From positions 37,014,001-37,078,000 of the forward strand of contig OZ241829.1 of assembly GCA_965202585.1 (NCBI GenBank): 64,000 nucleotides of DNA. Reading direction: 5' to 3'. Of this stretch, positions 33,433 through 49,500 are shown one piece after another. Position 1 is the first letter of the stretch. Each line of letters starts with the position of its first letter. This DNA is from Thalia democratica. Lineage: Eukaryota. The translations under genes were made by a program, and so were the position numbers. Below the pieces are notes generated by a model, which was not told the DNA's origin, made no database searches, and worked only from the letters and a program-made list of their open reading frames with translations.

Positions 33433-36400
33433 CACTATGGTAACTAATTATATGTATAAATAACATATTTTAGCAATTTACTCCTACTTAAGTAAAACTA
33501 AACTAGCACTTGTGCAAAAATATTTTTGTTTTGTGTTAACAATTTTAAATTTATTTTAGTTGTTAAAGTGTACACATTGTTTATAAAAAATAACTAAATT
33601 CATTAAGAAATTTTCAATATCATCAATTTTACACAATAACTCTTAAATATGCAGTATTAGAATCACTAAACAAATTAAACATCTTTCTTTCAGAATAAAG
33701 TTCTACTCCGCGTGTTCTTTTTAAACTAGAAGTTTTATTTTATGTTACATGAACAGACTTTCTTAAATAAATATTTGAAAAATTTTTATCTAAAAAGAAT
33801 ATTCTAATACATTAATAAAAAAAATATAAAGTTGTTAATATACTTAAAGGTTAAGTTTTCACTCAAATAAACAGTTAAAGCTTTACCTTGTAAAACAATT
33901 TTATATTACTTTAGTTTCGTTATTATAACTGTATATAACCTCACCGGTTTTACAGTTTAAAGATTAATGAAAATTAAATGTATAAATTCCACTAATTGTA
34001 GACTAAAAAAAATAATCCTGAAAACATAAACTAGTCATTAAAAAAATAACACTTTAAGAAAATACTTTCTTCCTGATTTTGATATGCTTTAACTTGATCA
34101 TATGAATGAAAATTAAAAAACATACAACTGTCACCATCTAGGTCTAGAATATGGGTAGAATAATTTTATTTTTGTCGGGGCGCCAAACTAACAATAATAA
34201 ATACTTTGTGAATTAAACTTGTTAAAATAGTTTTAAGCGTGTCGTGTAATTTTGAAAAACTACACTATAAAAATAAAAACATACATCTATAAAAGTAGAA
34301 TTGTAATTGAATAATCGTTGTGTACTTTTTACTTGATAGATAACAATTAAAGTTCTCGACTTAAGTATAAGGAGAATGATCAATTCAAAATTTTAAAGTT
34401 TATTATAATACAATGTTTCACTCGCCTGAACTTAATCAAACGAGATCATCAGTTAAATAAAATCTTATTAAAATAGAACTATTAGGTGTCAAAAATGTTG
34501 TTTGAAACTTTTTTTATTACATTTATCATAAAAAAATTCAACCTTGTTTGATCTGCACGCACAAGATGTCTTAAAGCTAAAAAATACGTTGTGGGCCAGA
34601 GTTATCAGCATTTGGTCCGATACAGCCAACGTGTCATACGTTGCCCACCCTAATTAGAACATAACTACTTTAAACTTAAAGCCTTTATGAGTAATAAAAG
34701 TGTTATTATCAATACCTTCGTAAAAATATAATTTTTTAGTTTGAACAGTTTGACATTTATCAAAAAGCTAGTTTACATGTCACTTAATAAAAATAACATG
34801 ACTAATTTAGTTTAAATGGTTTTATTTTAAACTTTATATAATTTTTTTAGCATCTGTCAATTAAAAAACTCACGATGTGCAAAATATTTAACTTTCACTA
34901 ATTAAAAAATTTATCTTACACTTTAATAAACTTTAACCTATAACAAAAGCTTAAATAGAATTATAAAAAGTAAAAATGTCACCATATAAAAGCACCCTTG
35001 TATTAGCTTATTTATTTGTTGTTGTGTTTTGCAAGTACAAACTTTGTGTTTAAGAAAGTATAGTTGTACAAAATTTACAAAAGTTGAAATTTTACTGTTT
35101 AAAAACTTAAAAACTAGTTCCTGATGTTTCTTTCGAACAAAGAATAAAATGATTATTAGTATTAAAAAGTTTAGGGATGCATTTAATAAATTAAGTGTCA
35201 GTAATTAAAACAAAAACAAAAGGGTCACGTAGTGTAAACATCACAAAAAAACTGATACTGTTTTAACTGTCTTAAATTATGGTTGGGTAACGTACAGCCC
35301 GCAGGCCGGAACCAGCGTGGTATTTAAAAATCTTCAGCTAAAACTATTTGTGAAATTTAAATAAGTTTCAGTTTTAAATAAATTTAAAAACAAAAAAACA
35401 AATTCTTAGTTTGGTCTTCAATACACAGTGTTTTTTTTACTAAGTGACAACTTTATAACAATTTTGCTCGTTAAGAGTTTTTAAAATATTCATACTACAA
35501 TTTTTTTAAGTTAGGCATTCTACGAAGACCTGTTTAATAGTTCCGGCCGAAAAAATATTTTTTCTAGTAAATCTAATGAAAGGGACCCATGAAAGTTGCC
35601 AACTCATATCTTAAAAAATACTTAGTAAAAGGTGCTAAACTTTTATGAAAATTAAAAATGATGAAACTAATAAGAAGAAATCTCAATAAATAAAATTTAG
35701 GTGTGTCATCATGTTCATTGAAAATAAATAAGTAAAAGTTAAACGCGTTGTAGATTTAACGTCCTGGTTTAAATTATAGCAATTTGAGTTGTTGTAATAT
35801 GACTTATAAAAGCTTAAATGGTATTAATTTGAACTATCGAAATTTGAGTTGTAGTTCGAAATGTCGTAATCAAAACTTTCAGAATTTAAACTGTCATAAT
35901 TAAAATTATTGAATTTTACAATTTATCAATTTCTATTTTAGACTTTAGTTGTCTTAAATATTTTTGTAAGTAATGTTTTTGTAGTTTTGAACTAGTCAGT
36001 AAAATAAAGTTTTAAAATTTATATATACAAAAATAATTTTCTACCCTTAATCAAATCTATAACTACTATTTAAAAAATACATTTTACTAATTGATTTCAC
36101 AGAATTATCTTTTGATTATATACGAATTAACTTTCCAGTTTTCATTTCTACAAACTCTTTCTTTGTACATAAAATCTTTACTTTGAAAATTCCAGTGTTG
36201 TAGTTTTAAAACTTGAATCAATTAATAAAACATTTTAAATAAAAAAACAATTTTTAATTTTTTTCACACTAATCCTAGTTCGGTATGCTATTAATTCCGA
36301 TTTGGATCAGTTACTACCCGAATCATTTTTTTAAATATTTCCAATCTGATTAATCCTGTAAAATTGAATTTTAATCTATCAATTTATATCTAAATAACTT

Positions 36401-37041
36401 TACATCCGATCAGTTCCCATCCTGTTAATTTTTATTAAAGCTATTTACTACTTCATAATTCCTATTCAATCAGTTTCTATTCGAACTACTTTCAATTTTA
36501 TCTATTTCAACAAAACAAAAGCTATACTAATTGAAATTATACTCAAGTTTTGACGATGATTCAGACTATGTTGCTAACTTTTACTGAAAAATTTGACTTT
36601 TGCGTTTCAGAATGTTCAGCTGAATTTTGCAAAGAAGACTTTTTGAAAGAGGTGAATAGACAATTTTAACAAGATATTCAGAAAATTTTCTACTCTAAAT
36701 CGTAATTAATTTAATTAGTACACGTTTTATGTGCTAAACTTTTTTAAATGTTTATCTATCAGTTTTCAACAATATGAATTTTTTGTGCTGTATATGTTTT
36801 CTTTTTTGTCCTTTCTTATGTGTGTTTCAGTTCAAGTGGCCTAGGTTTTGACGCCTGGGTCCATCGTAGGACAATAATCTTGTAAAAATAACAAATATTC
36901 CTGATTACTTAGCGTAAAGTTTCTACTTCTTTAGACTTCAAAAAAATATTTTGTAACACAGAAACTTTTTAAGTTTAAGCCTGGTGTAAAGTTAAAACTT
37001 ATGGGGACATATTGTAGAAACATATTGAACTAGTTTATTGT

Positions 37042-37675
37042 TCCTGTGTATGCAGTACTCTGCTATACGGTAGCAAAACATGGACTTTGTCTGGCGTGCA
37101 GGAGAAGGAAATCAATACCTTCCACCTACAATGCCTTCGTCGCATCCTTAGAATTGCATGGCAACAAAAGATCACCAACGAGAAAGTATTGTGACGTACT
37201 AGTCTTACCACCATGTACTTTACCCTCAGTCAGTGGAGGCTTTACTGACTTGGTCATGTTCTAAGAATTGGTGTAGAGCGAAGCCCAAAGTCTCTGTTGA
37301 ATGGCGAGTTGGTCGTTGGCAAACGCAACCGAGGTCATCCAAAATTACGGTTTAAGGACGTATGCAACCGCGACCTAAAAAAAATTGAAATAAGAACTGA
37401 TGAGTGGGAGTTGCTTGCAAATGACCGCGCTAAATGAAGATCTACTGTACACAAAAGACTGAAAGAAACAGAAAAAGAATACTTTAAGAACCCAAAGAAA
37501 TGAAGCATTTAGAAGTAAGGTTAATTTTATTTTCATTTTTGCTTATTATCTGTTTGTTCTATCTATTGAACCACTGTGCTTTAAGTTTATTATTATCATT
37601 TATTTTTATTTTCTATGCACAGTTACGCTAAGCCAATCTCGGCTGATTGCGGGTCTTTTATTATTATCATTTAAC
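37042..37675 (+). mobile_element. 5'-truncated RTE-clade LINE (3' end of ORF plus A/T-rich tail), inactivated
   Basis: The frame from 37042 reads SCVCSTLLYGSKTWTL...FHLQCLRRILRIAWQQKITNEKVL*R...RLY*LGHVLR...PKSLLNGEL..GKRNRGHPKLRFKDVCNRDLK...WELLANDRAK*R, with in-frame TGA stops. A repeated TTATTATCATT tail follows. Confidence 0.85.
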
Positions 37676-40529
37676 TATAGTAAAATAAAAGTTTGACATG
37701 TGAAGTGCACCCGATGCAAATAACACCCGATACAAAATGTTTTTAAATTTATACAATTTTAAAATCTAGGAAAAAACTATTTTTTACTTTAAATCTAGGC
37801 TTAATTTTAATTTGTTTAAAACAAAGAAAAATATTTTTTTACAACTGAAACTTTTATTAAGTTGCTCAAAAACCAAATAATAAAATATATGATCATTTTG
37901 AGTGTTTAGTGAGTAAAAAATGTTATTTTTTTATATAAAATATTGCACAAGCTTTTGAATAAATACTTTACAGGTTAATATTAAAACCTTTGTTGAAAAA
38001 AAAAAGTTTATTAAGCATAACTTCATTCAACAATCTTATATAGTTTGGTACAGGGATTTTTAAATAAAGCTATAACTAATTAAATTAAGCAAATTGAATA
38101 CAAAACTAATTTAATAATTGATTTTTTTTGCGTGGCTGTAAAAAAAACAAATAATGTTTGTACGTTGTAAACAAATTACCTAAGCTGTTTGTTCGCAACA
38201 TTTTATCTGTTGTTACAAGTTTTCTTTCATACTTAAAACTTAAACTTGTATGAAAGGCTCGGTAAAGTTGCCAAAATAAATGTAATAACAAGTTTGTTTA
38301 ACAACAAAATAAGATGTAACAAAAATACTAAAGTATATAAATTTATGTATTGTATTGTTTTATTAAAATTGGTCGGAGTTATTTGACCAAACATTCTAAA
38401 AAATGCAATAACAAAACTAAAAGCATATTGAAAGCTTTGAGTCATATATCTAAACCATGATCTTTTCAGTATATGATACAATTTATATTTAAATAGGTCG
38501 AAACAATAATGTTCAAAACAAAAATAAAACTGAAAAAATTATTTACTTTAGTTTTATTTAATTTTTTTTTTTAATTTGATTCAAAAAAAACAACTTTTAA
38601 AACTGGTTTAAGCTTTTTTAAGGTAAATCCAATCTAGAATAATTATTTACCTTTACAAAATAACCTAGTTGATCTACAAATAAAACCGTATTAAAAATTT
38701 TGCACGTAACAGAAAACATTTGTAAACTTGTTAGTTTTGTTTTCGCTCAAAAGTTACAACAATTGTTTTAAAAACAAGTTTTCTCTTGTGAATTTTTACA
38801 CTTGAAAACTTTTACTAGAAAGTAAATTCATACAATTATAATTATTACAAAGGTTTTTAGGTATAATTTAGATGCTGTTTAACATTTTTTCAAATAAAAC
38901 GTGTTTTATTAAGTTTTGATATACTTATTTATAATATCTGTCTATTTTAAAGTTCAAAAATTAAGATACTGCTGAAAATATTACTTTTGTTTTCTTTAAC
39001 GTGACCCAATTTATTATCTAAAGAAAAGTTCTGAAAAGTTTACACTTTAAGCAGTAGTTTTTTTTTTTCTGGCTAGTATTGATTTTATAAACATAAGTAG
39101 CTTTAATTTAACAAAATTGTAGTCTTATGAAGATAAATTTTGAAAACTAATAAAAAGTTACAACAAACTTATATGTTAAACAACCCAATTGAAATATCTA
39201 ACAATATTAAACTATAGTTCCAGATAAGTAATAATATAACTGTTAGCAACTAGATCATAAACTTTAAATCAACTATGACATTAAGATGCTACAGTGTTAA
39301 AAGTTAAATACAAATAGTGTTTAATGAAAATTTTGCAGTTATTTTAGAATTTATAAAATGCAAAACCAAAGTTATTATCAAATTTAATTATAAATCTTAA
39401 GTTTAGAACTTTTATTTTTTTTTAATTATGTTAAAAATTTAATAGCTTTCGTTGGAACATTATGTTATAGCATTTATGACATGAAAAACAACATGATCTA
39501 CAAAAATATTTGATCGAAATTTCAAAGAAAAGTAAGAAAACTACCGTACTTAACTGGTACCATGTAAAACTTGTAAGGATGTTTAACAACATAGTTGCTA
39601 CTTACTTGACTTTACTTTACTTACGTTCATTTTATTATTTAATTTAATAATAAACAAAACAGCAGCCTTAGTTTAATATAATTTTTTTTCAACTTAGACT
39701 AAGTAGAGGCAATAATGTAAGTAGATAATAATTTAATTGTGTGCTAGTTTTCGTATCTAGATTACGTTTACAAAACTTTTCAAATAACTAAAAAGTATTA
39801 AAAATCAAAAGTTTTAATGAACTTTTACTTGAACAAAATTTTTATCTTTCAGAAAGACTGCTTACACAATTCCACGTTTTATGGTTTTATTTTGTGGCTG
39901 TTAGTGTTTCAAACGCTTAAAGTCATTTTATGTGTTATTTTTTCCAATTAAGAAAACATTAATAAAGAAATGTATGCTTTGTTGACATGCCTCCAGGCCT
40001 TTTTAATTCCTATTTAAAAAGCTTAATTTTCCATCTAAACTATAATCAAAAATGTTTTACACCAAGCTTGTAAAGTTGTTTTAAGACTAAATTTAAAGCT
40101 TTTTGATTATGAAGTTAGCTTAAAAATTCTTAAAAAAAGTAATTGTTATATTAGAAATGAATGTTTTAAGTTTTTGAATAAGCATCTTTCCGAAATTGAA
40201 TTAAAGTGTAATATTTTCAAGATTAAGGGTTAAGATGAGCTGGACAAAAATTATCAAAGAGAATATGTAGTTTAAAATGTTAAAATATAGCTACTTAAAA
40301 CTGTTGTATTTTTTTGGTGCTTAAACAATTAACGAAACGAGTTTAATTTTTCAGCGTTAAAGTGAGAAGGGGCAATTACCTCGATCTTAGAATTTTAAGC
40401 TTATATAGTTTTTAATTTAACTCTAAAAATAAAAGAAAGGTCTGCATTAGTACAGGTAAGAAATCAACTACGATTTAATAATTAAATAGTAACGTTTAAC
40501 ATAAATTATTTTGATACAAAACAAACAGA

Positions 40530-43500
40530 ATGAGGTGCATTTCTTTGGTTGCCCTTTTGGTGGCAGTTGTCTTCGCTCAAGAAGTCCCACGTTAGTATTC
40601 AATAAAAAACTTTTGTTTCAACATATAAAAAATAAATAATCTTTTTTTTTTCATAGCACCACCAGTACCCGAGTCCGCTTGCGTACTCACTGGAGACCTT
40701 CAGTTCGTCATTGACTCTTCATCGTCTATTGGTACAGAAAACTTCGCCCTTGTCAAAGACTTCGTCTACGAAGTAAGAAACTAATGTTTTATCTCTTCTC
40801 AATTTTGAACATAACTTAAAAGCAATTTAGTGAGATATTCATATTTTGTTGAACATTTTTGTTCAATGAATGACTTCTACAGTTTCCTAAAAAGTGATGT
40901 GACTAACCACACTAAACAGGTTGTCTCGAACCTTGATGTCGGAAAAGACGCTGTTCGTGTTGGTTTGTCCAGGTACAACTCTTGGGTCGATCACAGGTTC
41001 TTTTTGAACACCATGACCGATAAGGACGCCGTCTTGGAAGAAATCCAAAACTGTCCTTACTACGGACGTGGCACAAAAACTGCCCAAGCTCTGTCCGAAG
41101 TTGCCGCTCACGCACTTCAGCCATACAACGGATACAGAGGACATCCCACCGCAGTTGTTGTAATCACTGACGGAAGAAGCCAAGATTCTGCTGGTCTTGC
41201 TGCTGCAGCTAAAGCAATTAAAGGTAGTCTAAAACGTGATTTTTTTGTACAAATAGTCTTTAGAATCCTATAATAAACTAAAAATAACAATATTGCTCTA
41301 CTCATGGTTTTATAACACTTTTTAACAGTTTGATTATAATAACATTGCTTTAAAACTTTACTACTATCCTAATTTACAGCTAAAGCTACTCGCGTCATTG
41401 CCATCGGTATTGGACCTAATGTTGTCGGTGATGAATTAGTCACCATTGCCTCTCAACCCAGTGACACCAACGTCTACATGACCCCATCTTTCGAAGAGCT
41501 TTCCGGTGTTGTCGGAGAAATCCTCGAAAAGGTAACATCATCAATTTGTTTATAACTGATTTAGTAATCGAAGTTGAAAAAATAATTTATACTTTGTTTT
41601 TGTTTGACAATAAGTTTGTATTTTCAATTTAGCTATTTATTACTTATTTATGTTTCTGGTTTTTAATTGATAAACTTTTAAGGTTTGTGAAATTGAAGAC
41701 GATGTCAATGAGTGTGCTGTCGGAAACGGAGGTTGCCAAGTTGAATGCGTTAACACTCTGGGCGCCTACTACTGCGATTGCCCCGCTGGATATGTTCTTA
41801 GCGGAAGCACTGAATGTCAAGATGTTGACGAGTGCTTGGAAGAAAACGGTGGATGTGAAGGTGGTTGCGAAAACAGCATTGGAAGCTACACCTGTACTTG
41901 CCCCGAAGGACTTGTTCTCGGAAACGATGGACTTTCATGTGGTTAGTAAAAGTTTACAAAAAAAACTATTTAAGATAACTTTGTTTTAGAAATTAATTCC
42001 TTTTACAGTTGAAGATAGCTGCTTCGGAAACGATGCATGCGCTCACACTTGCCAGAACGTCGAAGGCGGAGAATTTGTCTGCGTTTGCGACGCTGGATAC
42101 GAACTTGCTGAAGATCTCGTCAGCTGCGTAGGTTAGAAAAAATAAACTATTCACTCCGTCATAAAATGAATTATTTAATGACAAACATGTTTTCTGTGTC
42201 ATTTTTATAGAACTTAATGGGAATACTATAAAAAGTGATAGTTTATGAAACTTACTTTTTATATCCACAAGTTTTGTTCTTTTTTAATCGTAACAAACTT
42301 ATGTTTTTTATAGATAGCTGAAATTTATTTGTTTTGTAAAAGTTTGTCTTAAAGTAAAAACACTTCGCTGGCCAGATATTTTTGTTGGCGGGTGTAACGT
42401 GACTTACCCTTAACTTAAAGCTATTAAAAAGTAACAAAATACATTTTTGAGAAAAAAGCATGTGGTAAGCGTTGAAATAAAAAATATATTTGTTTAAGCG
42501 TAAATATAAGACCTAAATTATATATTTAAATGACTGCTTTAAATTACTTAAAATATTTTTTACCAACAATAAACGAGACAAGCCTTGTACAAAATTCAAT
42601 TTTTAAATACTTTTTTACTAATAAACTTTTTAACTCTAATTGAACAAATTTTAAAAGCATTTGAAACTTTAATTGCTATAACTTTTAACCATAATTTTCA
42701 AGCTTTAAAAACAAACTTTTCAAAACTTGTGGTAACTTATTAAATTATGTATCTTAACATAACGTATCACGATTTGGTTTTGCGGGTAGAAACACACCTA
42801 GATATACTATAGGTGTATCAAAGTTTTATAACCACTTTAAAAGTTTAGCGGTTTGTAAGTACATAAATTAGAGGCCACTAAATACTGCGGTCGATAAACA
42901 GAAACCACGTATATGTCTTTAGGCAAGTTTACACGTGAGCCGAAAACGACAACATTTTGATAAAAACTTTTTAACTAATATGTATATAAACAACTATCTC
43001 AAAACTTATTTGTCAACTACTTCTTAGGATAGTTTTAACAAAATATAAAATAGATATTGACGAATGCTTGGAAGGAACATCGGGTTGCCAACACGGATGT
43101 AACAACACCGTTGGAGGATTTTTGTGCTCATGTCCCGAAGGTCAAGGACTTCGTGATGATGGTCTTACTTGTGGTACCATTTGCTACACTTGCGAAAATG
43201 TCCTTTCCAACGACGAATGCAATGAAGCCGTTATCTGCTCGGATTTGGAGGTAAAAAGAAAGCAGTGTGAAATTTATTTTATGACGTTGAGTTATGTTAT
43301 AGGAAACTTTTAAGATTTAACTGTATATACTTAATGATAAAATAAAAATAAAATGGAATAACATAAAACAAACGTTTAAACCATACACAATTAGCATTAT
43401 TATTAAAATATTTTTATTTTACCGCGTGTTAAAGAATAATAAAATTTCAGACTGCCTGCCAAACTAAGACTCGTCTTGTCGATGGCCTTCTTTACATCAC

Positions 43501-46500
43501 CAAAAGATGCAAACAGCCTGAAGCTTGCTCAAACAACCAAATCCAAAACCCCCGTGATGCTGTTGATATCAAGCAATGTCAACTCGAAGGAGAGGTATCT
43601 GTTTGCAGGTGCTGTTGCTTTGAATCATACTGTAACTCCGCTGGTGACTGTGAAGATGCTGACAATGGTGTAAGATGCCCATCTACTGACACTCTTGTTC
43701 CACCTAACGGAGGAAGTCTTGAATGCTCAGGAAATGCTGTAAGTATAATTTTTAGTTATATCAAGTAATAACTTTTATTTATCTAAATCTCTTGTATAAA
43801 TGTACAGATCGGTGATTCATGCGCCATTGTTTGCCCTGCCGGATACGAACCTGCAAACGGAAACGATCAAGTTTTCTGTAACTTGAAACCAAGATCTTTG
43901 GAAGGTGCTTGGGTTGGAGAAATCTCACCTTGTGTTGACATCAATGAGTGTCTTGACAACAACGGAGGTTGTTCTCACGACTGCGTTAACTTAAACGGAA
44001 CATACGAGTGCAGATGTCCCAATGAAAACCCATGTCAGTTCCAAGTATTCGATCTTTTGTTCGTTGTTGACTCATCTAGTTCAATCGGACCTGACAACTG
44101 GGCTACTATGGTCAACTGGCTTAACACCGCCGCATCCCTCTTTACCGTCGGACAAGATTTCACAAGGGTAAGTACTTTTTTTTAGGGAAATACTGTTTAA
44201 AATCAAACAGTTTGTTTTTGTAGATTGCTATGGTAACTTACAACAACGACCAAGTTGCAAGAATGTTCTTCAACGAAATTGACAGCATCGAAGATTTCCA
44301 AAAAGGTCTTGATGTTAGTTTAAGTGAACATACTAAGCCTTAAAAGTTTTAAAAAGATCATTTTAAATGTTGAAAATACAACACATTAAAAACAGGCTAT
44401 TGTCTATGAAGGACGTGGTACTAGAACAGCTTCCGCTATCAGGTTCTCTGCCGCTGAAATGCTGTCAGCTGCTTCTGGACGTCGTGCTTTCGCACCATTG
44501 GCAACTGTAGTAATTACTGATGGAAGAGCTTCTGATAAGAGATTTATGGATGAAGCCCTTGCACAATTGGTTGCTGCTGGATCCGTCAACTTTGCCATTG
44601 GTGTTTGTAAGTAGCCTAAATTCACGTTTTATACTAGGGAATAGGCTTCTATAACCGAATATTATCATTGCAGCTGAAAACTCTAACGAAAAGGAATTGT
44701 TGAAAATTGCTGGAGGAGTCTCAGCCAGATACAGGCAAGTTGACAACTTCGATGCCCTTACCGAAGAACTTCTTAGTGATATGAGCATTTGCATTGGTGC
44801 TGAAGATCAGCATTACATGACTGTGAGTTAAAGATTTTTTTTTTGTTAAGTACCACTATATCTGTTTATTAAACTTGACGTTTTTACTAGTCTGACGGTA
44901 AAACTTGTGATGTCGATGAGTGCGCTTACGACAACGGTGGTTGCTCCGATGATTGTGCTAACACTATCGGTTCATACGTGTGCTTGTGCCCACCAGGTGA
45001 AGAAATTGTTAACGACGGTAAAACTTGCGATCTCAACGAATGTGCTGTCGGAAACGGAGGTTGCTCTGGTGATTGTGTCAACACTCTTGGTGGTTTCCAC
45101 TGCTTGTGTGACAACGAGTTCCAAGTTGTAAGTATCTTTTTTCTGACAGATTACTTAATTATTTAGAGTAGTAGTCAAAATATGATTTTTATAGGATGGA
45201 GTCGATTGTGTAGACTACAATGAGTGCGCTGACGACAACGGCGGTTGCTCACATGATTGCGTCAATCTCGTAGGAAGTTTCGAATGTGTCTGCCCACCAG
45301 GACTTGCACTTGACACTGACGGTCTCACTTGCGTTGCTGATAGCTGCTTTGGACGTGACCATCCTGAACTCTGTGAGCACATTTGCACCAGCATCCCCGG
45401 AGGCGACTACGTCTGCTCATGCCAAGACGGTTACGAACTTAGCGAAGACATGCACAACTGTACTGAAGTCAACGAGTGCGACCGCAACAACGGTGGCTGC
45501 CAATACGATTGCATCAACTTCGAAGGAGGATTCGAGTGTGCTTGCCCAGAAGGTATGTTCTTGCACACTGATGGAAAGAGCTGTGTCATCCAATGTTACA
45601 CTTGCGAAAATGTCGGATCAAACGAAGAGTGCAGCGACCTTGTTGTAAGTATTTTTGAAGTAGCTAGTTTATGTTGAGTTATTATTATTTTACTTATTGT
45701 AAATAACTTTTAGACTTGTCCACCAAGCGAGACTGCTTGCTTCGCCACTATGCGTACACGTGGATCTGAGGTTCTTATTTCTAAGGGATGCAAACAAGAT
45801 CTTGCTTGTGTCAACAATCTTGTCCAAAACCCACGCGACCAAGGTGAAGGTCCATCTCAATGCAACGTGAACGGAATCCACTCAAAATGCGAATGCTGCT
45901 GCTTCACTACTGAGTGCAATGCTGACTTGTGCCCATACCCCAACGAATGTAAGAGTTTTTTTCAAAGATAAGATAAATACTAAAAAGACAAAACTCTAAG
46001 TTATAATTTTGTACAGTACCAACTTGTGCATCTTTCGTCGTTGAGAACGTTGTTTTCCGTGGTGTTGATTTGGATGGTTCAATCCTTCCAGGAGGTGTTG
46101 CTGCACTTGTCTGCCCAGAAGGGTTTGAACCCAGCTTTGGAGATGCTGGAGTTACCAAGCTTAACTGCGTCTACGACATGCTTAACGGAACATCTGCTTG
46201 GGATGGTTCATCAGAAGACTTTGACGTTTGCGTTGGTTAGTAACAAAATTATTATTAACTGTCTATATTTATGAATAAATAAATATAAAATTTGTTTGCA
46301 GATATTGACGAATGCGCTGTAGACAACGGTGGCTGCGTTGCACCAGCATCTTGTGTAAACTACCCTGGTGGTTTTGAATGTGTGTGCCCAGACTTCCCAG
46401 AAGATTACGTTCTCGTTGATGGAACTATCTGCGAAAGAGATGAGTGCGCAGATATCGACCAAGGAGGTTGTTCTCACAACTGTACTAACACCATCGGAGG

Positions 46501-49500
46501 ATACATGTGCTATTGCCCTGGCGAGCTCAGCCTTGTTACTGACGGACTCACTTGCGGTAAGACTGCCTTATTAAAATAACTTTAATCAAAAAAATTTTCA
46601 CAATGAACCAAAAGTTGTATGATTATGTGTTTAGAATAAAACGAAAATATGAAACAAAGTAAACAAATAACTTATAACTTCAGACATCGACGAATGCCGT
46701 GAAAACAACGGAGGATGTGTTGAAATTTGCATCAACACTTTGGGAGGAAACGAGTGTGGTTGTCACAACGCTGGATATGCTGTCGGTGAAGACGGTGTTA
46801 CTTGTGAAGATATCGACGAGTGCTTGACCGATAACGGTGGCTGTAGCGATGTTTGCTTGAACACTGACGGAGCCTTCGAGTGCTCATGCTCAGAAGGACG
46901 CATCATGACTGATGATGGTATGACATGCCGGTAAGTGGGAATATAAATAAAGTTATCAAACCGATTAATTAAAATTAAAAAAATACCTAAACTTTTTAGT
47001 GATGATCCTTGCTTCCCTGACAACGGTGGTTGCGAACAGCTCTGCATTGTCGATGAAGAAAACACCATTTGCGCTTGTGAAAGTGGATTCACATTGAACG
47101 ATGACGGAACCTGCACTGATATTGATGAATGTGCTCCAGGAGTCAACACTTGTAGCTACAACTGCACAAACACCATTGGAGGTTTCCAATGTAACTGCCC
47201 ACCAGGAACTGCTTTGGATCACGATGGAATAACTTGCGGTAAGTTTAGAATTGAATTAAAAGAAGAACAATCTAAACAGGACAGTTTTTAAAATGTTACT
47301 TTTACATTCTGATAGGATTTGCATGTTTCTCATGTCACGGAGCTGCTACTAACGAAGAGTGCAATGCTGGACCTATGGAAGTATGTAGACCAGACTCACA
47401 GGCTTGTGAAAATGAAGTTCGCGTCCACCACGGAAAGAAACAAATTTTCAAGAGGTGCAAACAAGAGCATGCTTGCAGAAACAACCAGATCCAGAACCCA
47501 CGTCAAGCTTTCTTACCAACACAGTGTAATGGTGACGAAGATAATGATGTATGCAGATGCTGTTGTACCAGCCATTTGTGTAATGAAGCCGAACGTGTTT
47601 GCAGCAAGAGATGCAACATCAACAAAGCCGATCTTGCTATTATCATGGACTCTTCAAGCTCTGTCAAAGTCAAGAATTTTAACACCATGAGATCTTTCGT
47701 TCAGAATCTCGTAAACGCTTTCCAGGTTGGAGTCGGAATGGTCCACGTAGCTCTTATTAGGTACATATATTCTGTTGCAATGCTTTAAATATTAAAATTA
47801 ACTTTTTTTTAATTCTTAAATTTTAAAACAGGTACAACAAAAACGTCGATGTCCGTCGTACATTTGCTGACAGCCAAACTGCCAACGCAGTCATGGACGA
47901 TGTTCGTCAAACTCCTTACAGAGGATCTGGAACCAGAACTGGCCAAGCCATCCAATACGCTCTTGAAAATATCTTCCAACCCGCAAACGGAATGAGACCA
48001 GAAGCTCCACAAATCTTGGTCACAATTACTGATGGAAAATCACAGGTTTGTATTTTTATCATCATTTTAAAAACAAAATAATTTTATAAGTAGACATTAA
48101 AGAATATATAATCAAGTGATCATAAACTTATAAAAACTCAAGAAGCTCAGAACGTAAATTTAGATTTGTTATAAGTTTTATTCTGTTTTTATTATATCCT
48201 ATATACTAAGAGTTATTTTATTAGAAAATAGAAAGAATAATTAAATTAATGTTTAAATGATAAACCAGCAGGGTATTAAGCTTCAATTAGGACACATCTA
48301 TTTTTCTTATATTTACAATACTTTCTATATTATTTGCCACTAGCTATAAGTTTTAATGAAAACTTAAGATCTATTGTTTAGTAATATAACTTCTTTTGTT
48401 CGCTTATCTCTCTATTTGAATGCTCAGTTTCGCAATCGTTTTTTATTAAATCTTATGACAATTGTCCTTCACGAACTTTTTTTGATTATAGCGTTTTTTT
48501 AATGTTTAAAACTTTTTTTAAATCTTAAGGATGATGTTCTTGCCCCAAGTGAAGCTATTCGTGCATCTGGAATTTCAACCTACGCCGTTGGTATTGGTAC
48601 CACAATCGACAGATCTGAGGTTGTAAAGATATCTGGAGCCGAAGACCGTGCTTTCACCACTGCTTCTTTCGCTGCTTTGGAAACTACTGTACTCGAAAAC
48701 ATCCGTGTTTCTCTTTGCCAGAGTTAGTTTGTGCAAGGTCATATTTTAAAAAGTACTGAACAAAAGAAACTACTAATACATTTTTTAGACAAAGACGAAT
48801 GTTTGGTTGACAATGGCGGTTGTTCTCATACTTGTACTGACACTGACGGTTCATACATGTGTTCATGCCCAGAAGATTTCGTTCTTAGTGGAGATCTCCG
48901 TACTTGCGTCTCAATCGCCGGTAAGATTTGTTACTATAATTAAAGTTAAAAAATCACTTAGTGATTAAAGATTATATAACAATGATTACTGAAATGAAAA
49001 AAATACAGATATACCATTAAGATAAGTTATATTTCAATTTTTATTTTCAGAAAACCCTGATCAAGTTGATAATGTTGATGAGTGTGCCGATGACAACGGT
49101 GGCTGTACTCACACTTGTCAAGATACTGAAGAAGCATACGAATGCTTGTGTCCTGATAACATGTACTTGGAAGCCGACAACAAAACTTGCGCAAGTATGT
49201 AGACCTTCTTATTTTTTAATATATTAGACTATTGTCATTAACTGTTTTAAATTTCCAAGGCATCGACGACTGTGCTAGCAGCCCATGTGAACAGCAATGT
49301 GTCGACACTTTAAGTGGATACTTCTGTGAATGCGGTGCCGGATTTGTCCTTAATGCCGATGGATCTACTTGCTCCGCACGCACAACTGCTGTAGGCTGTG
49401 GTGCCGGATTCTCTCCTCTTGGACAAACTTGTGTTGCTGTTGTAGATGTTGCCACTTCTTTCGCTGACGCTGCAGCCGCTTGTACTGGTTTGGGAGCACG

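Noticed and set aside
36290-36510. Pyrimidine-rich degenerate AATC/CTATT periodicity
   Set aside because: I could not define a consistent repeat unit, so I treated it as low-complexity sequence.
37042-37503. TGA codons at two conserved Trp positions of the RTE fragment, suggesting TGA=Trp or readthrough
   Set aside because: Other Trp residues are TGG in the same frame, single G-to-A changes explain the stops, and the element is 5'-truncated and decayed.
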